From the NCBI GenBank assembly GCA_963743305.1, contig CAVUPH010000029.1, forward strand, positions 1-64,000: 64,000 bases of DNA. The letters are read 5' to 3'. Positions 20,066-29,737 of the stretch are shown piece by piece. Below the pieces are notes generated by a model. It did not search any database. It saw only the letters and a list, made by a program, of their open reading frames with translations, and had not been told where the DNA came from. This DNA comes from an uncultured delta proteobacterium (GTDB lineage: Bacteria; Desulfobacterota; RBG-13-43-22). Within the stretch, counting starts at the first letter, position 1, and every line of letters begins with the position of its first letter. The position numbers and the translations under genes were made by a program.

Positions 20066-20832
20066 TCAAAAACCTTCACGGCTTGCCTGAACCGGATGCG
20101 CCCAGGCCGGTATTCGCTTCCAGGATTCTCGCATCTGGCCGTGGAAGGCATCTGTTTTTGGCTCGAACTGCCTCAGATGGGTCCAGAAACGGCTGCTGTG
20201 ATTATGTTCGAGCGTGTGACAGAGTTCGTGAATCAAAACGTATCGAACCAGATCCACTGAGAGAAAAAGCAGCTTGCAGTTGAGGCTGATAACCCTATTC
20301 ACGGAGCAGCTACCCCACCGCGTGCGCTGGCTCTTGATGGTCAAACGGTTGAATCTCAAACCGGTTTCGACCGAGAGGGACTCCAGCCAGTAGCCCAGGG
20401 TTTCCTTGGCGTGGCGCGCCAACCAGCGGCGCAGAGCGGCTTTGCTCCGTTCGCTGTCACCCACTGCACCATAGACCAATAAACGCCCCGGTCGGTCAGT
20501 TTTTGCGCCAATGATCCTGGCTTTAGTCTCCCGATATTCAACCGCCAGGATTCCGCCAAAGCGGGCAAATCGAAGGCCTGTGGGCAGGCTGTTGAGGTTT
20601 CGCCGAGCAAATGGCGAACCTCGTCGAACTGTTTAAGGCGCGCCGCAATCCAATCGCGTTTTCCGGCGACCAACTCGACCACCTTCCGTTCATTCAGTCC
20701 CTTCGGGGCAATGACGGTCAGACCGTCTCGCACGGTCATTTTCAGGCGGAGGCTTCTGGCCTTGGCGGACGGTCGGATTTCGTAGTCTAATTGCCGTCCA
20801 TCAGGCAGGTCGATACGAGCCGTACGTATCAT
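20066..20832 (-). CDS. YgjP/M48-like (SprT-family) zinc metalloprotease linked to type I R-M; frameshift near 20540
   Basis: RPSAKARSLRL..VIAP, RWGSCS, YVLIHELCH..HNHS..FW. Confidence 0.85.
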
Positions 20833-23800
20833 TCGGAATCCCTTGTACCGGGCTTGAAGTGTTTGCGTTTGAGGACCTGTACCAATTCGCCGATGAAAGT
20901 CATGGCATCCTCGCCCAGGAGGCCTGACGACGCGAACCGTTGGACGATCAGCAAAAGCAAGGCGCTGGAGAGTTCAGGATCCACCGCACTGCTGTTCCAC
21001 CATCCCGGGAAACAGTGTTTGTCCGCCTCCGCCAGTATGGCCGCGGCTACTTCGGCGGCCTTTTCCTCGCTCAAGGCTGGATTTCGGGTTTTGATCTTCA
21101 GCGCCAATTGCTGGCCGACGGGCCGTTTGGATTCCTCCATCGCCGTGCGCACCGCCTCGGTCATAGCTTCCAGTTCTTCGATCAAAGCAATGCCCGCCAG
21201 GGTCCCGGCCCGCTTTTCATCGATAATTCGTTGCAGCTTCTCGGAAAGTGGCTGAAAGGTCTCGTCCTGTTCCAGATGGATGCGTAATTCGGCGGTCAGC
21301 ATCGCCTCGATGTCCAAGGCCTTGGCATCCGGTTTCTTATCTTTCAATTTGGTGAGGAAATGCTCGTCCAGGACATAGGTAGGAAATTCCTTTTCCAGAT
21401 CCTCCACATCGATATGCTCACGGATCAACTCCCGGGTGCGCGCCGCATCTTCATCGGTCGTCTCCAGAGCCATTTCCGGATAGAATTTCTTACGGTAGAG
21501 CATATAGAGCTTAGTCAGCCAGGCATAGGGACGTATGTAATCACTTAATTGCTCGTCAGGTTGGAGGGCCTCATAGAGCACTCGGAGGTTACGATAGCCG
21601 GTGTCGAACAGTTTCTCTGCGCCTTCCTCATCCCGCAGAATCTTCATGGCGGTCACAAACGTCCCATGGGAGCCGTCACGCGGCACCGTTTCCTCCGGGA
21701 AGAGGGACCACAGGGTCTGGAACTGCTTACGGAAATGCTCTCGAATCCGTTCGAAGGGGAAGGCGATATCGCCAAGCTCCTCAGGTCTGTAATTCAAGGC
21801 CTCGTTCAAGTGGTCAAAGATGCCGTAGTAGTCGATGATCAGACCATGTCCCTTCAGCTCGTTATAGGGCCGATTCACGCGAGCGATGGTCTGCAGTAAC
21901 GTGTGATCACGCAAGCTCTTGTCCAAGTATAGGGTTTGCAAAATAGGGGCATCAAAGCCGGTAAGCAGCATGTCGCACACCACCAACAACTGCACCTTCC
22001 TATAGGGTTTGTTCTGATGCTCCTGCAGGTCCGAACCGGCTGGGATCAAGAAGTCGTTGAGTAATTTCTTGCGGTTGGCCTCACCGAGATAGAGCGCCTG
22101 AATATCCTTAGGGTCATTCTGCGGCGCTTCGGAGATGACCGCCATCACCGTCTCAGCCCCTATCCTTTCGCGTAACGCCGCCGTGTAGCGCTTTACCGCT
22201 TCCTTATCTTTACAGGCCAACATGGCCTTAAAACCGTTGGGAATCACATGCTCTTTGAAGTGCTTCACCAAGTCATCGGCGATCTGATCGATTCGTTTCG
22301 GCAACCTGAGCAGAACATCCAAGGTGGATGAATCATTCACCAGTCTGTTTTGTTCCGCGACCGGGAGGTGACCAAATTCCCTCTTGAAAGCGGCATCGAG
22401 CTTGGCCCCATAAAGTTGCCAGTCGGTTTTTCTTGCCTGCCAGTGGATTGGCTTCACCACCCCGTCGCGTAGGGCGTCGGTGACGGTATAGGGGCGACCC
22501 AGGTAACGTTCGATGGTGCCGTCATCCTTGATCTGCCCCCAGGCCACCGGAGTGTTGTGGTCGTCCTTCTCGATGGGCGTACCGGTGAAGCCGAACAAAG
22601 AGGCCCCTTGCACCGCCGCGCGCATGTAGGTGCCCAACTCCCTTTCTTGCGTACGATGAGCTTCGTCGGCCATGACGATGACGTTGGGGCGTTGTCTGGT
22701 GATGAGTTTCGGCATCCCCTCGAACAGGTGCACCGTAGTGAGTACCACGCCCCGGTACCCCCCCGACAGTTTGGCCTCCAGGTCGCGCTTGCTGGCCGCC
22801 ACGTGCACGTTCTCGGTTCCGGTAGCCATCAGTTCACGATCCATCTGGTCGCCCAGTTGTTCTCGGTCTACCAGCAGAATGACCGTTGGTTGGTTCAGTT
22901 TCGGGTCTTCCCACAGGCTGCGGGCGGCATAAATCATGGTCAGGGTCTTTCCCGAACCCTGGGTGTGCCAGATGAGTCCGCGTCTTTTTTCCGCCGGCAA
23001 AGCGAGATCGGTGGCGCGGTCGAGGATGTCCTTCACCGCCATATACTGCTGATAGCGCACCACTACTTTTTCGGTCTTCCCATCCCTGGTCAGGAAGACA
23101 ATGAAGTGGCGGATAAAGTCCAGCATGTTGGCCCGGTCGAACAGACCATAAAGCGAGACCTTCATCTCGTCGAATTCGTCGATAGTGTGGGGCCAGGGAT
23201 CGCGCCATTGCAGCCAGAACTGTAGACGTCGCCCCGGCACGCCGTACATCATGCGGGTTTCGTTTACCCCCACCCCATAAGCGTTAGTGTAAAAAAGCTG
23301 ATCGATCTCCCCGGCATACATGCCAAGCTGCTTGGCCCCCTCGCGCCAATCGGGTTTATTCCGGCTGGCGGTCTTGGCCTCGATCACCACCACCGGGATC
23401 CCATTGATAAGCAGGACGATGTCCGGCCGCCGGGGAGAGTTGCCCTCCACCGGAAACTGGTTGGTTACCCACCACTCGTTGGCGTCCAGATCGTCGAAAT
23501 CGATGAGCCGCACATCCTTCGATTTCTCGGAAGGGTCGAACTGGTAATTGACGCCGTTCTGCAGCCAGGCCAGCCACTGGGCATTGTCGCGGCTGGCCCG
23601 CAGCTTGGTGATAATGGCGTCTATCCGCGATTCGTCGGTAAGGATGGCGGGATTCAATTGTTTAAGCTTTTCCCGCAACAGCGGCAGCAACAACACCTCC
23701 CGCTCGTCCGGCCGTAGCTTTGTCACCTGTTCCCGGGAGCGGTAGGTCCAGCCTAATGCCTTGGCTTGCAGATGCTCGATAATCTCCCGCTCGACTGTGG

Positions 23801-23858
23801 TCTCTTCGTTAAACAAGCGGGTCACTGAGGGCGCGACGGAGGTGGTCATTTCATTCAT
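20829..23858 (-). CDS. hsdR: Type I restriction enzyme R subunit
   Basis: PD..IEAK nuclease motif, HTQGSGKT, DEAHR, FTGTP, MLLTGFD, QTIARVNR. Confidence 0.93.
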   Translation of the reverse strand: MNEMTTSVAPSVTRLFNEETTVEREIIEHLQAKALGWTYRSREQVTKLRPDEREVLLLPLLREKLKQLNPAILTDESRIDAIITKLRASRDNAQWLAWLQNGVNYQFDPSEKSKDVRLIDFDDLDANEWWVTNQFPVEGNSPRRPDIVLLINGIPVVVIEAKTASRNKPDWREGAKQLGMYAGEIDQLFYTNAYGVGVNETRMMYGVPGRRLQFWLQWRDPWPHTIDEFDEMKVSLYGLFDRANMLDFIRHFIVFLTRDGKTEKVVVRYQQYMAVKDILDRATDLALPAEKRRGLIWHTQGSGKTLTMIYAARSLWEDPKLNQPTVILLVDREQLGDQMDRELMATGTENVHVAASKRDLEAKLSGGYRGVVLTTVHLFEGMPKLITRQRPNVIVMADEAHRTQERELGTYMRAAVQGASLFGFTGTPIEKDDHNTPVAWGQIKDDGTIERYLGRPYTVTDALRDGVVKPIHWQARKTDWQLYGAKLDAAFKREFGHLPVAEQNRLVNDSSTLDVLLRLPKRIDQIADDLVKHFKEHVIPNGFKAMLACKDKEAVKRYTAALRERIGAETVMAVISEAPQNDPKDIQALYLGEANRKKLLNDFLIPAGSDLQEHQNKPYRKVQLLVVCDMLLTGFDAPILQTLYLDKSLRDHTLLQTIARVNRPYNELKGHGLIIDYYGIFDHLNEALNYRPEELGDIAFPFERIREHFRKQFQTLWSLFPEETVPRDGSHGTFVTAMKILRDEEGAEKLFDTGYRNLRVLYEALQPDEQLSDYIRPYAWLTKLYMLYRKKFYPEMALETTDEDAARTRELIREHIDVEDLEKEFPTYVLDEHFLTKLKDKKPDAKALDIEAMLTAELRIHLEQDETFQPLSEKLQRIIDEKRAGTLAGIALIEELEAMTEAVRTAMEESKRPVGQQLALKIKTRNPALSEEKAAEVAAAILAEADKHCFPGWWNSSAVDPELSSALLLLIVQRFASSGLLGEDAMTFIGELVQVLKRKHFKPGTRDSE

Positions 23859-25161
23859 GGATGGCCCCCTCGGGAATGCGGATCATGCCGGTAAGCAGGT
23901 TTTGGAGGAGGGATTTTTTTAGCTTCTCAAGGGCGGAAAACTTATCCTCGATTGCATTCTGTTGCCTATCTACAGCTTCAATTACCTCGATCATTCTTTC
24001 CTGTTCATCCATAGGCGGGATTGGAACAGGCCAATTCTTTAATTCGCGAGAGTTAATTGTACAAAGATTGCTCGTCTGCTTGGCGTGAGCATAAAAGTAA
24101 TTCTTGGCTTGGAAAGTCTGAATAAGAAAATGGAATAATTCAGGCCTGTATTGATCTATGGTGAGCCTGACCCGGAAAATATGGTTCTGATAGCTGCAGG
24201 GTGAGATCTCTTCACGCCACATGCCGCCTCGACCTAGTTTGTCACGGTCGCCACCCTCTGTCATAAGAATATCCCCGAATTTTAGCAAATCAGTCTCAAG
24301 CTCTTCTTTTTTGATCTCAATAGAACTGATGTTTCCCAGGTCAAAACGCCCATTCTGGACATTTATGACGGTGACGTACGGGACATTGACGGTCTCATAT
24401 CGTGACAAATCACGGCCCATCGTAAAACCGGATGAAACTGTGGCGAAGGTTTTTAGTGGTTTAATCGTCCAATGTGCCGGACACATAATCCACTTGGTCT
24501 TATAAATCCCCTGCGGTCTTTTTAGGCCTTGGGAAAAAAGGGAGTGAAGAAGCGACCGCTTCAACTCCCGCGTCGCCTCCAGCTCGGCCTTGGCCTTGGC
24601 TATGGCGTCGTCGGCCATCTTCAGGGCGGCGGCGATGCGGCGTTGTTCGTCTATGTCTTCTGGGAAACGGAGGGGTAGTTTCTTGACCGCACTCCAACTG
24701 TAATTGGCGAGCCCTGTCGTTTGTTGCGAAGTCTTGCTGAAGCACTCATGTACAAGGTGAATTCGCATCCAGCTCGCAAGGAATTCAGGAAGCAATTCGG
24801 CATGGTCTCTTGCTGTCATCCCCATGAGAAACGACGCAAACACCATGGCACGGTCTTCGTCCATAAGCACCGAGTCACCGATGCGGTCTTGCGACCCATT
24901 GGAGCCGACGAACAGAATCCAGCCTTTTGTCACAGCGGCCTTCTCCAACGCTTCTGAGGAAACGTCGCGCAAATAGAGCAGATCGGTTAAATCAAGTCGA
25001 TCCTGCACATTTGGAATGCGAATAACTGGAACTGCACCATCCTCAGGGCATTCGAATTCGTTCTCTTTGGTCCACGTATAACCGCGCCGAAGCTCCACCA
25101 TTTGGGCAAGCGGTTTTTCCTTCCAACCATTGGGCAATGGGGTATCGTAGAGCGTCTTCAT
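23851..25161 (-). CDS. hsdS: Type I R-M specificity subunit
   Basis: Two TRDs separated by P..EQRRIA..L..LK.SLL helices; C-terminal LKKSLLQNLLTG. Confidence 0.92.
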   Translation of the reverse strand: MKTLYDTPLPNGWKEKPLAQMVELRRGYTWTKENEFECPEDGAVPVIRIPNVQDRLDLTDLLYLRDVSSEALEKAAVTKGWILFVGSNGSQDRIGDSVLMDEDRAMVFASFLMGMTARDHAELLPEFLASWMRIHLVHECFSKTSQQTTGLANYSWSAVKKLPLRFPEDIDEQRRIAAALKMADDAIAKAKAELEATRELKRSLLHSLFSQGLKRPQGIYKTKWIMCPAHWTIKPLKTFATVSSGFTMGRDLSRYETVNVPYVTVINVQNGRFDLGNISSIEIKKEELETDLLKFGDILMTEGGDRDKLGRGGMWREEISPCSYQNHIFRVRLTIDQYRPELFHFLIQTFQAKNYFYAHAKQTSNLCTINSRELKNWPVPIPPMDEQERMIEVIEAVDRQQNAIEDKFSALEKLKKSLLQNLLTGMIRIPEGAIHE

Positions 25162-27338
25162 GCGTGCTCAACTCCCAAATTGGCAAATATCCGTTCAAGC
25201 TCAGCTCTGGCAGCACTCGTTGCAATTTCGGCATCCTTGAGGTCACAAATAGCATCCGCGAGTGGCACCACTTTCTCCGGCTCAAAGGTGTCCACATACC
25301 GCGGAAGATTGAGATTGAATTCGTTCTCCTTGATTTCTGACAGAGTCACTACGGCGAAATGGCGACGCGTCTCGTCCGGTTCGGCGAAGATACGGCTCAG
25401 ATCGGCCGCGGCTTCCCGCAGGTGGGCGATCTCACGCTCGGCAGCCATTTTTATCTCCTGCTCACGGCCGTCGCGCTCCTCCTGGAGTTTTTTCAACTCC
25501 TTCACGGCCCTGTTCAACTGCTTAGTGTGTTCCTTGAGGGCGGCGATGAGCTTTTTGCGGGCATCTTCGAAGGCCTTTTTCGGTTGAACGATCTTAGCTT
25601 TCAGCGCCGACTTCTCTCTGCGTTCGGCGGCGTCGATCTCGGCCTGCGCCTGATCCAGTTCAGCTTTGAGAAGAAATAACGGATGGAAGTAGGGGTGTTC
25701 CGGGCTAATGGCCTCGTCAATCGACTTCACCTTCATATCCAGCGCATCGAGGGTGATCTGTTCTTCCTCCAGTCTCACCAGCGGGGCGAGCACCGGGCCG
25801 AAGGCGTCTTCAATATCTGCCAGTCGCTCATCGCGCTGTTTCTCCACCTCGCGGATCAGATGCATCTCGTGTTCGGCGACCAGCACCTTGGCCTTGTCGA
25901 GATCCCCGAAGGCGTGCCAGGGGACCAGGATGCGCATCAGGTCGGAGGGGCGCAGCAGGTTCTGCGGGTTGGACTTCTGAAAGTGGCGCGAGGCCCAGAT
26001 CATCAGGGTCTTGCCCTTGCGCTCTTCGAGTTTGTTTTTATTGAACAGCAGCAAGCAGGCGGGCACGCCATTGCCGTAGAAAAGCTTGGAGGGAAGTACC
26101 ACAATGCATTCGATGAGGTCAGCTTCCACAAAGCCGCGCCGGATCAGATACTCGGCATCGGCCTTCTGGTTCTGGCCGTCCTCCTCCTCGGTCTGTTCGG
26201 GCTGGCCGCGGAACAGCACTCCCTGGGACATGACCACCATGCCTTTGCCGGATTCGCCTGTTTCCGGGTTGAATTCCTTGAGCGACGCGATGATCTGCAG
26301 CAGCCAGGCCCAGTCACCATTGGAGGTGGGCGGCAGGCCGAAGGACATGCGGCCGAATTTGTCGCCGGCGGCCACCGTGTCATGTCCCCAGTCCTCCAGC
26401 GAGAAGGGGGGATTCATGATGATGCGGTCGAACTGTTTGAGTCGATGGGCTGCCGAGAGATGACGCGGATCGCGGAGGCTGTCGCCCTGTTTGTGGTCCC
26501 AAACCGGCACGCCGTGTAGGATCATGTTGATGCGCGAAATGTTGTAGGTGACGACGTTGGACTCCTGCCCGTGCAGGAAGAGCTGGCGCACGTCTCCCCC
26601 GTTTTTCTTCACAAAGCGAAGGCACTGTAGTAACAGGCCCCCGGAACCGCTGGCCCAGTCGCAGATACTCATGCCCGGCCTGGGCTCGAGCATTTCGGCC
26701 ATGAGAAAGCCGACCTCGGCGGGAGTGTAGAATTCGCCGCTGGACTTGCCCGCCTTGCTGGCAAAGTTGCGGATCAGATACTCATAGGCGTTACCGAACA
26801 AGTCATCAGAGACATGAGCGCGGTCGAATTTCTGGCTGCCGAAGTGGTTAATAAGGTTGACCAGTTTGTCGCGCGGCAGTTCGTCCTGTTTGTTGAAATC
26901 GATCTTGCCGGTAAGGATGCCGTCGAAATTGTTCTGCCGGTGGGCGTTGCCCCGCTCGATGGCCAGCATGGCATCGTTTAGAGCCTGGCCGAGCTGGCCC
27001 TTAGCGGTGCGGGCGACCTTGTCCCAGGCCGCTTCTTCAGGGACGGTGAAATGATGCAATTCCTTTTGGCGGGCGAGATATTCGGCTTGCTCATCCTTCA
27101 ATCCCGAAATAGTCAATTTCGAGGCGTGTAGACGCACATCTTCCTCAAAACAGTCGTTGATCCGCTTGTAGAAAAGCAGAGCAAACACATAGCCGCGAAA
27201 CTCGGAATGATCGGCGTTGCCGCGGAGGATGTCCGCCGCCTTGTCGAGATAGTTCTCCAACTCGGCCTTGGTCATGCGCCGCGTCGGGCGAACGATAATC
27301 GGCCTATCGAGCGTGGCGAGAAGTTCGTTCAGATCCAT
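25158..27338 (-). CDS. hsdM: Type I R-M methyltransferase (m6A) with a long helical insertion
   Basis: GEFYTP, DWASGSGGLL, NPPFS, GVLFRG, NLNLPRYV. Confidence 0.93.
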   Translation of the reverse strand: MDLNELLATLDRPIIVRPTRRMTKAELENYLDKAADILRGNADHSEFRGYVFALLFYKRINDCFEEDVRLHASKLTISGLKDEQAEYLARQKELHHFTVPEEAAWDKVARTAKGQLGQALNDAMLAIERGNAHRQNNFDGILTGKIDFNKQDELPRDKLVNLINHFGSQKFDRAHVSDDLFGNAYEYLIRNFASKAGKSSGEFYTPAEVGFLMAEMLEPRPGMSICDWASGSGGLLLQCLRFVKKNGGDVRQLFLHGQESNVVTYNISRINMILHGVPVWDHKQGDSLRDPRHLSAAHRLKQFDRIIMNPPFSLEDWGHDTVAAGDKFGRMSFGLPPTSNGDWAWLLQIIASLKEFNPETGESGKGMVVMSQGVLFRGQPEQTEEEDGQNQKADAEYLIRRGFVEADLIECIVVLPSKLFYGNGVPACLLLFNKNKLEERKGKTLMIWASRHFQKSNPQNLLRPSDLMRILVPWHAFGDLDKAKVLVAEHEMHLIREVEKQRDERLADIEDAFGPVLAPLVRLEEEQITLDALDMKVKSIDEAISPEHPYFHPLFLLKAELDQAQAEIDAAERREKSALKAKIVQPKKAFEDARKKLIAALKEHTKQLNRAVKELKKLQEERDGREQEIKMAAEREIAHLREAAADLSRIFAEPDETRRHFAVVTLSEIKENEFNLNLPRYVDTFEPEKVVPLADAICDLKDAEIATSAARAELERIFANLGVEHA

Positions 27339-27352
27339 GAATCTTCCCTTCC

Positions 27353-27577
27353 TTATAAATTGAGGCTCGGCTCGATATTTTTTTCTTTACAGAGCTGATC
27401 GAACTGCCGTCGCGCCAGTTTTGAAGGCACCGTTTTGCCGTTTTCCCATCGGTTGACCGTAGCAAAACTAACCCCCAATTCATGGGCGAGTTCTTCCTGC
27501 GATATCCTCAATTGTTTTCGGACGCCCTTCACCAGTTCCGGAAAGTTCTCAAGGTGTTGGTTCATTGCTTTCGACAT
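27353..27577 (-). CDS. XRE-family HTH regulator heading the hsd operon
   Basis: SQEELAHELGVSFATVNRWENG. Confidence 0.85.
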   Translation of the reverse strand: MSKAMNQHLENFPELVKGVRKQLRISQEELAHELGVSFATVNRWENGKTVPSKLARRQFDQLCKEKNIEPSLNL

Positions 27578-27641
27578 CTTTCATCTGGATTTGAGCACAG
27601 CTATTTGGGGTCCATTTTTGCCATTCCAATTCATTCGGATA

Positions 27642-27669
27642 AATATAACATATGCTATGCGTTCTGCAA
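27642..27669 (-). promoter_or_regulatory. Putative sigma70 promoter with an overlapping imperfect palindrome (possible XRE operator)
   Basis: Minus strand TTGCAG-N16-TATATT; ATAACATATGCTAT at 27645-27658. Confidence 0.4.
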
Positions 27670-27727
27670 GAAAAATTGGGCTATCAACAGATTAATTCCC
27701 CTGGGGAGAAGAATAATGGGGGTTAAG

Positions 27728-27768
27728 AAAAAGGGTGAAACCGGATAACTCGATTTCACCCTTTTAAA
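27728..27768. terminator. Bidirectional terminator-like hairpin
   Basis: AAAAGGGTGAAA..TTTCACCCTTTT, downstream of the 27809-28072 gene. Confidence 0.65.
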
Positions 27769-27808
27769 CGGACGATAAAGCGAGAAGATACCTTTTTTCT
27801 TCTTTCTT

Positions 27809-28072
27809 TTATTCCATTTTCTCTTTTATTTTTCTCTTGGCTTTCTTAACCTTCTTCTCGACCTTTCTTTCACCCTTTTCAACTGCTCCGCCAACCTTTT
27901 CGCCAGCCTTTTCTATCTTTGCGCCAGCCTTTTCACCAGCCTTCTCTATCTTTGCTCCAGCCTTTTCGCCAGCTTTTTCTATCTTTTCGCCAGCCTTTTC
28001 CTCAGCGGCAAAAGCCATAGAAACAGACAGGGAAAATACCAAAGCCATGGTCCAAATGATCATCTTTTTCAT
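27809..28072 (-). CDS. Small secreted protein with 11-aa EKAG.KIEKAG repeats
   Basis: GGAGGTGA RBS, signal peptide ending AFA, about three 33-bp tandem repeats. Confidence 0.85.
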   Translation of the reverse strand: MKKMIIWTMALVFSLSVSMAFAAEEKAGEKIEKAGEKAGAKIEKAGEKAGAKIEKAGEKVGGAVEKGERKVEKKVKKAKRKIKEKME

Positions 28073-28122
28073 TCAAATCACCTCCCCCTACCATTTTGTA
28101 TATGTAAATTCAACTGATTCTA

Positions 28123-28668
28123 TGTAATGGCGGGCATTATCGGCTTCGCTCACAAGAATGCGGACAAAATGGGAATAGCTCACTTATGAGGCTTGCCCGG
28201 GCGTAGTTCGAAACGATTATAGGAACTCATCTGGAAATAATGCCCGGCTTCGCCTTCCGCTATGCCGTAGTCGCTGGAATGGATCCCCTTGGTTATAACA
28301 TTTCGGAGCCTGGAAGGCACACCAGACCCGAGTTCAGAAGTGTTTAGTGGCAAAAGCTCGTCCTGAATGGGATTTCAGATAGCGTTCGAAGTCAGCGGCC
28401 TTTTCGCGGAGACGAAAGGCGATGGCGGTTTCAATTCGCCAAGGGCGATATTTGGCGGTGTGGGAGACTTGCCCGGCATTATGGGCAATGAGACGGGCAT
28501 CCAGATCCTGCGTTAGTCCAGTGTAATGGCGGGCATTATCGGCTTCGCTCACAAGAATGTGGACATAATGGGAATAGCTCACTTATGTGGCTTGCCAGGG
28601 CGTAGTTCGAAACGAAATTGGGGATTATTGTAGGATTAGACCCGGCTTCGCCCATTGGGCTATGCCGT
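28123..28668. repeat. Direct repeat pair offset by 399 bp, covering the GIY-YIG 5' end and its upstream hairpins
   Basis: 28123-28216 vs 28522-28615 are 90/94 identical. CCCGGCTTCGCC..GCTATGCCGT is also repeated at 28243-28268 and 28641-28668. Confidence 0.9.
28334..28582 (-). CDS. Small stand-alone GIY-YIG nuclease
   Basis: YVHIL.S..HYTGLT.DL..RL..HN.G...T.KYRPW, FERYLKSHSGR. Confidence 0.85.
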   Translation of the reverse strand: MSYSHYVHILVSEADNARHYTGLTQDLDARLIAHNAGQVSHTAKYRPWRIETAIAFRLREKAADFERYLKSHSGRAFATKHF

Positions 28669-28705
28669 GGCAGGCTTCGTTCTGCACTTCGTTTCGAACG
28701 AAGCC

Positions 28706-29056
28706 TGGTGGAGGCGGCGGGAGTCGAACCCGCGTCCGAAAATAGGTCACTTAGGCCTCTACATACTTGTCCTGGTTTTTATTTGTTCGCCGACCCGTTT
28801 TCCACCAGGCGGGAATTCCGGCCAGCTATCCTATTTAAAGTTTCACCTTTTCGGCAACAGGCAACCCGATCCGGCTATCCTGCTAATCGACACCTCTGGT
28901 CCCTCCGCAGGCTGAAAAACCGAGGTGTTAGCCTATTAAGCGGCTAAGGCGTAGTTGTAGTCGTCTGCGACTATGTTTTCCTACCAAGTTTACGAGTTGA
29001 TAGGAACTCGGTATGCCACCCAAGCTAAGTATCCCCGTCGAAACCGTTTCGCCCCC
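28706..29056 (-). ncRNA. ssrA: tmRNA, tag peptide ADDYNYALAA
   Basis: 5' GGGGGCGAAACGGTTTCGAC, 3' GGTTCGACTCCCGCCGCCTCCACCA, tag ORF 28968-28936; downstream of smpB. Confidence 0.97.
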
Positions 29057-29223
29057 TTATTTAGACTTATACAGCCATTGTTCCGATAATTGGGCTTTAC
29101 CAATGGCTCTATAAATCTAAATATAATATATATCTTCTTAAAAGTCAACTTTCCAGACTGGATCAGGCCCATTTTACCTTGTTTTTTTATTTGCTTCCCC
29201 CTTCCTTCTTCCCCTCTTCCCTC

Positions 29224-29682
29224 TCATTTCTTGTCCCGGATAGCCCGCTGCATCTCCCGTTGCTCATCCCTTTCCCGGATGGTTTCTCGCTTATCGTACA
29301 ATTTCTTCCCCTTGGCCAGAGCGACCTCCACCTTGGCCTTTCCACTCCGGAAATAAAGTTTCAGCGGGATGAGGGTCAACCCCTTTCCCTGGATTTTCCC
29401 CATGATGCGCTTGATTTCATGGCGGTGCAGCAACAGCTTTCGGATCCGGGTGGGATCTTGCTCCCCGGTCGGCGCATTTTCATAGGGGCTGATATGGGCC
29501 TGAAGAAGCCAGACTTCCCCGCCCTTGATCTGGGCATAACTATCCTTCAGATTGGCCCGGCCTAGGCGTAAAGACTTCACTTCCGGCCCGCTCAAAGCCA
29601 ATCCCGCCTCCAGGGCTTCCAGGATCTGATAGTCATGATGGGCCTTCCGGTTTTGACAGATAATCTTGATGGTTTCAGCCAT
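29224..29682 (-). CDS. smpB: SsrA-binding protein
   Basis: NRKAHHDY, EAGLAL.G.EVKS, RKLLLH, GKKLYDKRE. Confidence 0.97.
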   Translation of the reverse strand: MAETIKIICQNRKAHHDYQILEALEAGLALSGPEVKSLRLGRANLKDSYAQIKGGEVWLLQAHISPYENAPTGEQDPTRIRKLLLHRHEIKRIMGKIQGKGLTLIPLKLYFRSGKAKVEVALAKGKKLYDKRETIRERDEQREMQRAIRDKK

Positions 29683-29737
29683 GTTCGTTGAGTCTTTTAC
29701 CTCTTTAAAATTTGAACCAAAAATTAAAAATTTTTGG

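Noticed and set aside
18720-28705. Integrative element at tmRNA bounded by attL/attR
   Set aside because: I found no second copy of the tmRNA 3' end and no integrase gene.
28618-28947. ORFs overlapping tmRNA
   Set aside because: Antisense translation of ssrA (VEAAGVEPAS is the typical artefact).
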